From contig ADNK01000026.1 of the NCBI GenBank assembly GCA_000320545.1, positions 1 to 44,707 on the forward strand: DNA of 44,707 nt. The letters run 5' to 3'. The first letter of the stretch is position 1. Every line of letters starts with the position of its first letter. Below the pieces are notes generated by a model. It searched no databases. It saw nothing but the letters and a program-made list of their open reading frames with translations, and was not told where the DNA came from. Position numbers and translations under genes: made by a program. Source of the DNA: Bigelowiella natans CCMP2755 (Eukaryota > Protista > Cercozoa). Of this stretch, positions 1 to 11,725 are shown in pieces.

Positions 1-56
<56 letters not shown>

Positions 57-69
57 ATTAAAATAACTA

Positions 70-132
<63 letters not shown>
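1..132. repeat. Compound microsatellite (AC)n(AT)n(CT)n(GT)n, intronic
   Basis: Seen directly. Similar di- and trinucleotide runs fill introns across 1-3700, 13350-24100 and 43600-44700. Confidence 0.95.
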
Positions 133-134
<2 letters not shown>

Positions 135-136
<2 letters not shown>

Positions 137-537
137 GGCAAGTACCAAGCAGAAATATGCGCGATATATCGGGAACATACTGCAATCCAAATAGTTAGTA
201 CACATAAGCACACACACACACACACACACATATGTATATATATTAATATTGAGAAATTAAATCACTATCTGAAAGAGAATTAGCAGCGATATCTCCCCCT
301 CCCCTTCCCCAAAAATAGACCATAAAAGATTCCCACCTATGAAGCCAATTCGAGTTCTGAGGGGGGCGGTAGAGTGTATCCACGATCGAATCTATCAAAC
401 GTAGTAACAATGCATAAGGGAGGGGGGGGATGGGGGAGAAGGTGGAACGTTATGTTAATTTGTAGCTAGTAATGTGTAGCTATGTATGCACGTGCGTCCT
501 CGCAGTCCAAAGTGTGAGTGCTGAATGAGAATCGATG

Positions 538-580
<43 letters not shown>

Positions 581-724
581 CATAAAAGCCAGAACGTCAA
601 GATCAAGCAAGCCCCGAAGCGATATCTTCATATATTCACAACGCACAGCATTGTTACTTGCATTGCACGGATAACATGCATATGTAGCAGCGGCACAGCA
701 GCAGCAACCACGATTTTCTTTGAG

Positions 725-757
<33 letters not shown>

Positions 758-1302
758 CACACACATATTTACCCGAGCTGAAAGAGACGCCAATCAAACG
801 ACGTTGTTGCTTGTTTCGAAAGCAATTCTGCCTGAGCCTACGACAATATTAGAAGAAAATCAACGCTTGGAATAAAGGAAGGGGGTGATATCGGAGACAG
901 CTGTATAAGGAGAACTACATCGGCTTTCCATTTTTATATTTCGCTGTTAATTTGGAGATATCGTCATATCCGTACCTGAACGATGTCGTCCCCGCAGAAC
1001 TTCCGAGCATACAACATCTCAGCCTCTTTCACCTTTGAAATAAAAATGCGTGTGTGGGGGGGGGGGGCTATGTTCACGACGGAGAAATAGGATGTATCGT
1101 ACGTCTCTTTCTCTCTCTCTCTTTCTCTCTCTCTGTCTGTCTGTCTGTCTGTCTGTCTGTGTGTGTGTGTGTGCGTGCGTGTGCGTGCGTGCGTGTGTGT
1201 GATATGTGTTTTAGATGTGTTACATGATCAAGTATTCGAATATATCGCGGTTTTAGATGTGTTTCATAATCAAGTATTCGAGTATATCGCGGTCAGTAGT
1301 TG

Positions 1303-1338
<36 letters not shown>

Positions 1339-1442
1339 AGCAGACCAATTCTAGCAAGCCCCCCCCAGGTTGGACGGCACGTGAAAATCCTGTCAACAAA
1401 CAACATAAGAGCATTGTTGTCGGTCTACGTTCATATGAAACA

Positions 1443-1499
<57 letters not shown>

Positions 1500-1589
1500 G
1501 AAAGAACCCAAACAACTACAGCTTTTTATCTACTTCCATTACCACCACTACTACTACTTATGCCACAAAACTATTACTTATGCTACAAA

Positions 1590-1624
<35 letters not shown>

Positions 1625-2496
1625 TCGTATCCTCTACAATGAAGCACCTTGCAAATCCAGTTGTTTTCGTAACTAAACAGATATCAGAGAGCATGAGTAG
1701 TAGTAGGAGTAGTAGTTGGGGTAGCAGTGGTTGTTAGCGTAATAGCAGCAGCAATATTCTAAACGCGAGACAACAGCACGTGACCGCCATCATCTGTGAG
1801 AATCATCATCATTGATCATCTCCTCACCCGATTGTTCGTAGCAGCCCGGATGATGGCGTTGGAGCTGTGTTACAGATAGTAGTTGTAGCAGTAGCACCAT
1901 ATTTCGAGATGAGGATGATTACCACGATAGTGATGATGATGATGATGATGATGATGATAATTATAAGTGCTCAATACTGCTGCTACTAGTAGTCCTATTA
2001 CTACTACTACTAGTAGTAGTAGTAATAGTAGTAGTAATTCAATTTTCGTTATCCATCTAAATGGTGCTGATAACATGGAAATTCTAAGTTCTGCACTGTG
2101 GCTGTTGCCACATGACAGAGACCGTTTACCCACGTTTTTGCTCAAAGGCGGGAGGAGGCACGTCTTTGCAGCGTATTATCATCACTACTTTTATCGTTAC
2201 TCAACTACCAGCAGATGATCATGCATCGTGCAGGAAAGCTGCACAACGATTACTCCCCGATTTGGACATGGCAATGTTGGTTATGCAACTAGACTACTGC
2301 TACTACTACTAGTGCTGCTGCCGCTGTGGTGACGAAAACAACGACCTTTCATTGGGGGGTGAAAGATGATGAGAGGAACTAACGCTTGGGGATCCAATGA
2401 TGATTTCTGACGATGTGTGAGATATAGGTGAATAATGATTTGTTCGATACCTCTGCAAGCAGGCCATATGGACTACTGTGCTCCTCGCAACATTAT

Positions 2497-2534
<38 letters not shown>

Positions 2535-2950
2535 ACTCTTACACACACAAACACAGACACAAACATACGCACACAACACATGCAAGGTAATAGTCGGTAA
2601 AGACACCAACCAACCGCTAGCAGCAGCATCATCCTCGGCTACGTTTATTATTGAAGGAACAGCAGTAGCCCTATCCTTTTTCGAATCAATCTCTCTGAAG
2701 AAGAAGAAGAAGAAGAAGAAGAAGAAGCATTCAGGAGTTTTATGTAGGTGGGTGGGCAGAGGAGGAGGAGGAGTATCGTCCCCCACGCTTGTAAATCATC
2801 TTTTGTGGTCCTGTCATTTAACATGACTCAAATTGTTGCCATCATTCACTCATACATACCGCTTGCTACTACTAGTGTCCATCCTGGTAGTCTTATTACG
2901 CTCCATGGCCTTATTATTGTGCCAACAGCAGCAGCAACAAATTGAATACT

Positions 2951-2989
<39 letters not shown>

Positions 2990-3161
2990 CACTTTCATAA
3001 ATGGCAAACAAGCAGTTCTTTCTCACCCTTAAGCATGGCCGCTCTGTTTTGAAAGAAATACGCACGTGTTACACTAATGCCACCGCTCTCATCATCATAT
3101 ACTTGAGCAAACATCAGCGGCGATGGCGATGGGCACAAAGCCAACTGCAAAAACAGCCGCC

Positions 3162-3194
<33 letters not shown>

Positions 3195-4575
3195 AAGGTG
3201 TCCACTAGCATCGTCACCTTGTTGTGTTTCTTCAAAATCTTAACGAACCCCGTGTAGTTCAGGATGCAGAAAGACTGAAGGTACCTGCAGACGGGGGAAG
3301 GTAGAGGCGAAGAACACATGTCATCGGATGGTAGCAACATACAGATATATTAAGTTCTTTGAATCCTCCTCCTCCTCCTCCTCCTCCTCCTCCTCCTGTC
3401 ACTTCTACTACGGCTCCACAACAAATAGCGCCATTGCTCGACAAAATTAAGTGAGATTCCCTTGCTTTTCCTCAGGATTACATATATTGACACACATATA
3501 CATAATAGAGTGTATAAAATAAAAGAAATATGAAGAAGAAAAACTACTTTAGTTGTCGGTAGAACTTGAGCATGGATCGCTTTAGGGATTCCGTGGAGAT
3601 CAGGGAGGAAGATGCAGCTTTCTGAAAAGACATCGTTGCTTAAGAAAGTGTGCACGACGAGCGATACTCACACGAAACGTGATAGTGCAAGAGAGGAAGG
3701 GGGGGGGAAAGAGTGATGGATTATCTACCTCCTCGTCTTCCAAATCAATATCTGTTATCTTCTCCTCTGCACGCATTATTCAGATTATTGTTCAAAAATT
3801 TAGTCAGTCAGACACACATTCGTCTTCCATCCTCATCTTCATCCTATATACGATTCATTTTTATGTATAAAGTCGAAAGTACCTTTGGCGTTCTGTTCCA
3901 TCTGCTGTTCATACCTAGAAGAGCAGCAAGACTTACTTCTCCACACAATTACATTTCTACAGAATTGGCAGGTTGGTCCATCTCACCGTATGGTGATACA
4001 TAAAACAACCTACGGGATTAGAGCTTTTCCTTACCTCGTCTTCAACTCGGCCATTTTTGTGCAGTAAAAAATCTCAACCTGAAATGGCATGCTTACTCAT
4101 CAGTATTATACACAGAGGGAAGCCTAACTTCTATTTCACCTTCTCGATTTCGGCATCATATGTTTCTGCAAAGCTCGGAGCTTCAAGCAGCGGCTAAACC
4201 GACAATATTATTGATAAAAATATATGAGGGGGGAGGCTCTTTCTCACACAGACTATTTGCATGGAGTGATACTACTTTTTGGAAGCTGAAAGTTCCCAAG
4301 CCCCGCGGAGACTTTCTTTCGTGTTTACGATTATTTTGCGAGATGCTATTTTCCAGTGTCTGACCCATTAAACAAAAACAGTAAGTTTAGGGATTGTAAG
4401 CACACGACGTCCTGACGCTCTTGCTCAGCCATTGGATGACCTTGTAGTCGATGTAGTGATTCCTCCATTTCTCAACAATGTCGTTCTCCAGCTTGACCTG
4501 AGAAGGTTTTCAAGGATACTTACGTATGCGTTAGAGTCGCCTTCGTATCAACACGACTACCTTGAAGTTGACCAT
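135..4575 (-). CDS. SPX-EXS phosphate exporter (XPR1/SYG1/PHO1 family), multi-exon, 3' part beyond left edge
   Basis: Spliced minus-strand exons read MVNFK|VKLENDIVEKWRNHYIDYK (ATG 4575, SPX start motif), FAETYDAEIEK|VEIFYCTKMAELKTR, YLQSFCILNYTGFVKILKKHNK (~3290-3220, SPX LNxTGFxKILKK motif), VKEAEMLYARKFCGDDIVQ|AQAELLSKQATTSFDWRLFQLG|YRFGACLILTFWLLW, MFPIYRAYFCLVL (first TM segments of the XPR1-type membrane domain). GT-AG borders. Confidence 0.85.
1209..1292. repeat. 42-bp tandem duplication (2 copies) in an SPX-EXS intron
   Basis: ttttagatgtgttacatgatcaagtattcgaatatatcgcgg at 1209 versus ttttagatgtgtttcataatcaagtattcgagtatatcgcgg at 1251. Confidence 0.9.
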
Positions 4576-5047
4576 TGTTGCTCGCCCTTATTGTGCGGCT
4601 TTACCAGTCACCTACCAAGACGAGCACGTTGAAGGAAACGGTAGAAGACAAGCACGATCGCTTTCGAATCACCACTGCTGTTTCGGCGCAGTGGAACTAA
4701 TGGCTCTGTCTAGTGGCAGAAGCCAGCGGCCATCTCGTCGCGAATCTGGCAGTTGTGTCGGCGGGTGTTGTAGGGTATTTGTTCATCTATTTAAACCATA
4801 ATTCACATTGTATAGAAGGAAGAATGGCAAGGAAAGTAGGTCTATTTTATCCTGCGACAACCTCTACCGGCCCCAACAAGCTTCAAACTCAGGCTGCTTT
4901 CTGGGGCTGCGTGCAATTTCACATCAGCCTGGGTTGCAACAATCTTGTCAGCACAAGCTGTGTGCATTTGCAACTTCATGACACATCAGCCATGCTGCAC
5001 GTGACACCATGAGTTCAAATTTGTTTTTTTGTGTCAACAGCGAGAAC

Positions 5048-5189
5048 GTGTGTCAGCAGCAATGGCTGCATGCATTGGAGGAACAGCTCGTCATGTGTCA
5101 GCACGAGCTGCACACATTGAAGGAACAGCTCGTCATGCATCAGCACGAGCTGCATGTGTTGGAGGAACAGCTCGTCACAAATCAGCAGC
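5048..5189 (+). repeat. Degenerate 42-bp tandem repeat (~3 copies; reads LEEQLVMxQHELHx, coiled-coil-like)
   Basis: ttg(g/a)aggaacagctcgtca units start at 5075, 5117 and 5159. Confidence 0.9.
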
Positions 5190-5206
5190 AGACCACCACA
5201 CCATGC

Positions 5207-5485
5207 CCCACATTTCATTTCCCATCTGCCGTCAGTGGGGGAACGACACAAAATTTTCATTTCAAAAATTTGCCCACTGACGACCCACTGCTGAACTGAA
5301 TTGCTAGAATGACATGGCAAAATCGCACGAGCATGACATGTCAAGTGACCCACATTTGATTTCCCATCAGCAGTCAGTAGCAAAAATTGCGAAAATGCGC
5401 AACATGAAAATTTGCCTACTGACGACCTACTGCTGAACTGAATTGCTAGAATGACATGATGAAAATCACGGGCACATCCCATGTG
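5207..5485. repeat. ~142-bp imperfect direct repeat (2 copies), probable TE or repeat remnant
   Basis: cccacattt(c/g)atttcccatc...aaaatttgcc(c/t)actgacgacc(c/t)actgctgaactgaattgctagaatgacatg at 5207 and 5349. Confidence 0.88.
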
Positions 5486-5628
5486 TTTTGTGAAAACAAT
5501 CTTTGTTAAAAATGACATAGCAAAATCCACAGCAGAGCATCACGTCATCGCTACATCTTGAATTCTAGCCACAGTAGTGTGCGCCTCACTCATCGCTAAT
5601 GATCGCTTTAACCTTTCGGATTTCGCTT

Positions 5629-7736
5629 TCATTTTCCAAGTGCTTCCTGTAATTTATCCCAAAATCTTACCGGATCGAGTTTTACGACTACGAACCTCAA
5701 GTGCTTGTGCCAGGTTTTCTTCCACGCTTCCTGGTCAGATTTTGACACGTCTTTGTAAACGAAATTCACACGGAATGTATGATAATGCTTCTCCAAAGTG
5801 TAGTAGTAAATCGTGACAACTTTCGTATCCACAAGAACCTCGTCTTTGTGTTTGACTTTAAAGTCGTGAACATTTCCTTTAGCCATCTGATGCAGCACCT
5901 CAGCACTTGAAGCACCATCTATGTTTGTGTAGTTCGGAGGGCAAATGACCAGCGTGCTCGAATCCTTCAATTCGCGGATTTTCTCCAAGCACTTATTCTT
6001 TCCTTCCTTACTATTTTCGCAATGGTGAATCACTCGTTTGTGTCGACTCAATGAGACAGTGATAGTCTTGCCTTTCAATTCTTCTGGCAAATGTGAGCCG
6101 ACATGTCGGCCTTCAAAATTTCCCCCATTCTTTATGAGGTGAAACCACCTTCTTTCTGCCTCTAAACCAGACATACTTTCATTCTGCTTAGACTGTTCCT
6201 CGGCAAGCGCCCCTACCACTCTGGATTCTACATAAGGGCTCAGGAAATCCAGGACAAAATCCGAACTAGTGTGCGAACCGTCTTTAAGAATGGGGCGGAT
6301 GCAGAACACGGAACTTGGTAAAGCGACATCCCTAGGTTGTATCATCTCCACGTTTTCGCCAATCTTGCCCTGAAACATTCGCAACATGTGGTCTTGGGAG
6401 TCTTGAAACTTCTTGAACTTTTGCTCGTCCACAATGTGCCGCAACATCCCCCCGGCTATCTCGGATCGGCTTTTTAAGTCCTCGACAGTACAGTTTCCAT
6501 CCGCCCCGCCACTCTCATTGTTTCCCGCAGAAATATCGTTGAATTCATCTTCTTGGATGACATCCGCATACAAGGTGAGATCCCGCTTCTTCGTTCCGGC
6601 CTTAAGGAGTTTCTCGAATTGCTTCCACTCCTTATTGGGCGAGCTTGCCACTACCACAAAGGCTTTTGTGATGTTGACATTTAGGTGCCCGAATCCGTTC
6701 TCGGGATCGACGACAAGGTGTGTCGAAGTAGAGTCAAAGCTTTTCCATTCTTCACTGTGGAATGTTAAGGGGGTAACTACAGATGTTGAACACTTGACTG
6801 TACCGTTCTCGACGTAGATGCAGTAAAGGATACCCTCTGGCACGGAATAGAACGCAACCTTCTCGTCATTTTTAAGCGCCACCTTGATGTACATTAGCAA
6901 AAAGGCCACACTCTTGGCTATACCACTTTGCCCAGAGAGTATACAGCAATCAATGCTCGACTTTCCCTCACGGTGAAGTTGATAACATTCTCGAAATCTG
7001 CGTACTGCTTCTGAAAATGCCTTGCGGTAGAAAAGAGTAACAGGGTGCCTGGACCCCCGAATCTAACTAGCACGATGCCCAGGTACGAGGATGTTCTTCG
7101 TTATGCGCACCAGCTGCATTGCAGTCCCTTTTGTGAACGGAGTGTCTCTCAAAGCTTGGAAAAATTCTTCGGCATCCGTGTCAATCTTGAATCGTTTGCC
7201 TGTGTATCCGCGTAAAGCGGGACTATCAAACAGATACTTAGAGAGGATGAGTCTAGTCACCTTTTGTTTCGCTTCCTCGTTCGTAATCCGATATGCTTTT
7301 GCGTTTCTCCCCTGAAATCAAATCACAATAAAATTAGAACAATGGATTATTTGCACAGAGACATTGGGCATCACCCCCCCTGCCGCTTTCCTCAATTTCC
7401 ATGGCTGAACACACACGCAAAAATATCTCAGCACACCGATTGTTCCTCAGATGTTGACAAAAATACATTACCACTTGCCTCCTCGAATTTCTGTGTCATT
7501 TCCTCCAGTTTTGCCTTCTCCGCCTGGATTTCCTTTTGAGTTTCAGCCATTTGCGCTTCTAATTTCTTTGTTTTCTCATTGAGCTCCTCCTTCGTAAACT
7601 TTCCTTCAAAGTAAAATTGTTCAAATCGCGCAAGTCGGTCATTCAGCTTGTTCTCCTTCTCCCTCAATTTCAAGATTTCCTGCTTTGTAAGTTGAATCTG
7701 AATTCCCCATGCCTCAGAACGCTGAGAACACATCAA
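5629..7736 (-). pseudogene. Crinkler/RHS (CR)-type protein: coiled-coil + P-loop NTPase + PD-(D/E)xK-like nuclease; one in-frame TAG
   Basis: ORFs 7063-7260 and 5629-6909 are in the same frame and read ...GHRAS*IRGSRHPVTLFYRKAF...CCILSGQSGIAKSVAFLLMY (Walker A-like; compare GTPGIGKS in CR/RHS NTPases). Also HLVVDP (Walker B-like), VVVASSPN, AGGMLRHI, and C-terminal ICPPNYTNIDG...VLHQMAKGNVH (REase-like). Coiled-coil exon 7437-7736 is joined by a GT..AG intron (~7436-7313). The start is uncertain, possibly ATG 7850. Confidence 0.7.
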
Positions 7737-8122
7737 AGCTTAAGCTCCCGAACGCAAGCCTCGTAGGAAAAGTATCTGTGCTTTCGAACTTCTGCCTCTA
7801 GTTTCATCATCGTGTAGTTTCCTTTCCGCGAAAGATCCACCCCGCTTCATCGACTCGAATGAGTCTCGTTTGTGAAGACTCAGATTTCAAAGAAAGCTTG
7901 TCGTTCTCCTCGTAGATCGCCTACCGGTCACATCCATCATACATGCTGCCGATATTATATTTTTCTCTAGTTGTAAAAAAAAGTAATTGTAAATTTCGGG
8001 CGATTACCCCGGAGTGATAATTTCAAACTGTTTGAATCGGCAAGCAAGCAAGCAAGCAAGCAGGAGACCAGCCGAACTCCCCCGCTAACCCACCCGCCCA
8101 AGTGTACTTGCCGCCACTAGCT

Positions 8123-10721
8123 ATGTCTATGTGGCTTCGTTTATCATCTGTAATGTTACCGCTGCTATTCTTAGTCTCAATTTCAAAGGTCAATGGTCGT
8201 CATAAATTCAGACAGGCAGAACAAGAACATTATATAATAATATACTTTCTCGCATCAAAGAATCTCAAACATCACGACGGAGATGATGATAATGATGAGG
8301 ATGGTGACGATGATGAACACAGGTCCAAGGAATTGTGACAAGGCATGACAAGAGTCCTAAAGAATTTTACGTGACAAAGGTGGTAGTGAGTTCAAACTTT
8401 TTTGCACATGGTTGATCTCCAACCATCCATCTCATTCCCTTAATTTCAGGAATCCTCACCATACCCTTGTGCCTTCTCCTACGATCCAGAGCAAGGAACC
8501 CTGCAAGACTGTGCGTGCAGTTGTGGGGCAAGTAATTCATCCAAACTCGATAGTTTTGTCTACCCACTTCTTGTATTCTGGACATAGTTAACTGTTTTGC
8601 TGCTGCGCTGCTATACATTTCATACAGCTTTGATAGACAGTAACTGGGCGGTGTCCGCGGCTCACTGTTTTGCAGAGGTAATAACTAAGCATTACCTTGT
8701 GTGCATCACTCAATCTATTGGCTTTATTAATTGATGGTTGCTGCTGACTCTAGGGACCAAGGAAGCTCAACGGAAAAACGATAAGAATTAAAAATCAAGA
8801 CTTTGAGGTCGAACAGGTCTGGAAAAATAGGCATATAAACTTGTTTGGTACTTCTCTTAGTATCGATGAAGATTTAATGTAAATTGGGGGGGTGGCGATA
8901 CAACAACCAGGTGTTTATACATCCATGTGGGCTCGAGGCTAATGCAAGGATCGACAGGGGAGAAGAAAATATACCAAACAAGGTGCAAATAAACGCTTAT
9001 ATTTTATATGTGGATTGTATAAATACAGTTAAATTGGTTTAGTGGATATGACTTCGAATGTCTTCGCCGTTCGTATGTCTTTGCATTGTACATAAATTCA
9101 TACAGCAGATAGAAAAATCATTTACTTTTCAAGATTGAGTAGTTTGTACTGCTGTAATTTGTGAATGAGTGAGACTTCAGCTCTGGCTGATGGGACAGCG
9201 AAAACTAATGGTTGGGATTATTTTGTTGTCTAGGATGTTGCGTTAATCAAGTTTGCAACTCCAGTGACTATCAATGGCGAGAGCATCGAATGCCCTCTAT
9301 ATAGAGGTCGCCGTGTTCGTGTTTTACGGCTCTTCTTCTTCTAGCATAATATTCGCACATGCGTGTAATCCTAGAACTACTCTCATATCCTTGATGCATT
9401 GTGAACTAGGTGATTATGGTAGTGAGAAAGGCCAAGCTATTACCATCCTAGGAACAGGTCTTTCAGGTGTTGCTGGCCTCAGAGGTATGAATGATGAAGT
9501 CTCTAATATCACCCCTATATCCTCATTTGCACAACTAGATCTAAGTTTCCATTGACGACCCCGATTTTCTCCTATTTGGCTATTTATATTATCAGATGAA
9601 CAGCTCCATTGCGACTGGAGGGTAAAAGACAAATAGCGTGATGATGTTTGCCTGTAGACTGAATTCAGGGTTAGGAAGTCAAATAGCTTGATCTCCCTTA
9701 TTCTACGTACGATGTACTTTTTCCCAATCTTTTATTAAATCAGCTTCGACGAGCTGAAAACGTCGTGGAGGAGACTGAATACTCCATGATTCGCATGCGT
9801 TTTGATCCTCCCGCCGGGAAGTGCGTATATTGACCACACACACACAAGCACATGCGCAGAGAGAAAGAGAGATAGATATAAATCATCATCATCATCATCA
9901 TCATCATCCATCCATTGAGCACTTCGTAAATCAAGTATATATTCGCCCAATTGATGGCTTTTGTATTTCCATTGCGTTTTTATTCTTTAGTCCCATGCCA
10001 TTAGAGGGCATTGCTGGTGATGGAGATAGTGGAGGGCCGGCGTTCATAACGGTCGATGGCAGGCCGCATGTGGTTGCTGTAAGGTATAGTTAATCATAAT
10101 AGCAATACCGTGTAGCGAAGAAAACAATTCTCATAGCCTGCTTCCTCTCTACCCACGATGACGTCGTTCTTGACTAATTTGCCGCTCTGCGTGTTTTGTC
10201 TGCTACACGCCGCCCTCAACAGCTCATATGGCGACCCAATAAGTTATTCCCAGCTGATGCATTTCAAGTCATCATCTACAGCTGCAGCCAAAAACAAAGG
10301 ACGAGGAAAAGATCGCCGTTCCCCTGAAAGTCTAGCTCCCGACATGGGATCAGTCCTCAAGCAAGGTATTACTTTTTCTTAAGACACTTTTCTATGCGTT
10401 TTGAAAATTCACACATCCATGATATCTCGTAGCGAATTCAACCCGGCAGGGGCATAGAATGTGCCTAGGAAGGCGGCGTGCAAGAGCAATTCGAAGGAAG
10501 AAAGGAGACGTGTGGGGGTATAACTCTCTCGACTTCTACGCTTCGTTATCGGCTGTGCGAGACTGGATTGATGCAACAATGAAAACCTCGAAGGTATGTT
10601 TCCAGAGATACTAATAAAGAGTATATCCGTACATATATAAAATCTGATCTCGTTTGTGGAAATTTTCTTGTTTTCTTTCCAACAGAACCAAGGCGTCTGT
10701 AACGATTACAATGCACTCTAG
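8123..10721 (+). CDS. Secreted trypsin-like serine protease (S1), multi-exon
   Basis: Signal peptide MSMWLRLSSVMLPLLFLVSISKVNG. Catalytic triad lies on separate exons: LIDSNWAVSAAHCF (~8630), DVALIKF (~9234), LEGIAGDGDSGGPAF (~10000). C-terminal YASLSAVRDWIDATM|NQGVCNDYNAL*. Confidence 0.88.
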
Positions 10722-11136
10722 CTCCCTCGTATTCGATTGGACGAAGTACGCATATACCGATATGAATGAACCGTATGTGATTTTCTCCCACAAATGTTTG
10801 CATTAAAACGCAAGCAGCACTCAATTTCAATTTGTCAGATGTCGTTGTATGCTGTGCGCTGTACTCACAGTCGAGATCAAATTGTTACTGGGTTGATGAT
10901 TTTGCAGAACATGCAATGCTGTTGCATGCTTGCATTCGCGCTCGGCGCACACTTCTAGACAGGCATGCTTCTCCTTCAGCCAAGCGTCGAAGACATGACT
11001 AGTGGTTCCCTGCTCAGCGAACATAGAAGCTGCTGCGCTTCGATCAAATCGCTACTACCTGCTGGCACATGACTTGATTCATTCATCGCATCCGTCTCAA
11101 CAATGCATTTGCCACGCATGCCAAAACAGCAGGTGA

Positions 11137-11443
11137 ATCTCCAGATCCACCACGCAGCCTGAGTACAAGGTGAAGAGTGTTCTCCTGCTCGATGTTGTAG
11201 TCACTGAGGGTTCTGCCATCCTGCAGTTCCTTCCCAGCAAACACAAGTCTTTGTTGATCAGGCGCGGGGTCATGCCCTCTTTGTCCTTTGTCCTGTGCAT
11301 TCTGCTTCACTGTGCTAACGCTGCCGCTCGCATTCACATTAAGAGTGATAGTGCGCCCAACCAGCGTCTTCACAAATATCTGCATCTCTCCAGATCCACC
11401 ACGCAGCCGGAGTACTGAGTACAAGGTGAAGAGTATTCTCCTG
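11137..11443 (-). pseudogene. Degenerate polyubiquitin remnant (tail of one monomer + one full divergent monomer)
   Basis: QENTLHLVL(+7 nt)[23 protein letters not shown]...[41 protein letters not shown]. Two 7-nt duplications (GTACTCA, GGACAAA). I30A and I44V substitutions. Confidence 0.85.
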
Positions 11444-11725
11444 AGAAGCGAAGCGAGAGCTCGGCCGCACACCGGATGGAGAAGAAATAGAAAAGTTCGC
11501 AGAATGCAGTGGTGAAAACATGCTCTTACGACAATCACGGTTGACAGTCGCAGTGACGACCATCTTTCCGTTCTAGACAAGCGACAAGCTACAATTCCAC
11601 GTTGAGTGCACAAATGCAGTTCAATGGGGGAAAAAAAAAATGTTGTAATGTTGTTGTCTGAGCCGTACGAGTACTTTCCCAAAAAGTTTGGCCCAGAAGC
11701 AGCAAACAGCAGTTGCAAGAAGGGA

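Noticed and set aside
101-3340. Many short six-frame ORFs with poly-C/V, H/T, L/S, R/E runs
   Set aside because: They are translations of intronic microsatellites. Only small minus-strand exons of the SPX-EXS gene are coding.
5075-5189. CRISPR-like array
   Set aside because: Contiguous tandem units with no unique spacers, no cas genes, and a eukaryotic context.
4867-5304. CpG methylation decay as the cause of TG/CA richness
   Set aside because: CpG is retained while TpA is absent, and paired repeat copies differ TA versus CA/TG.
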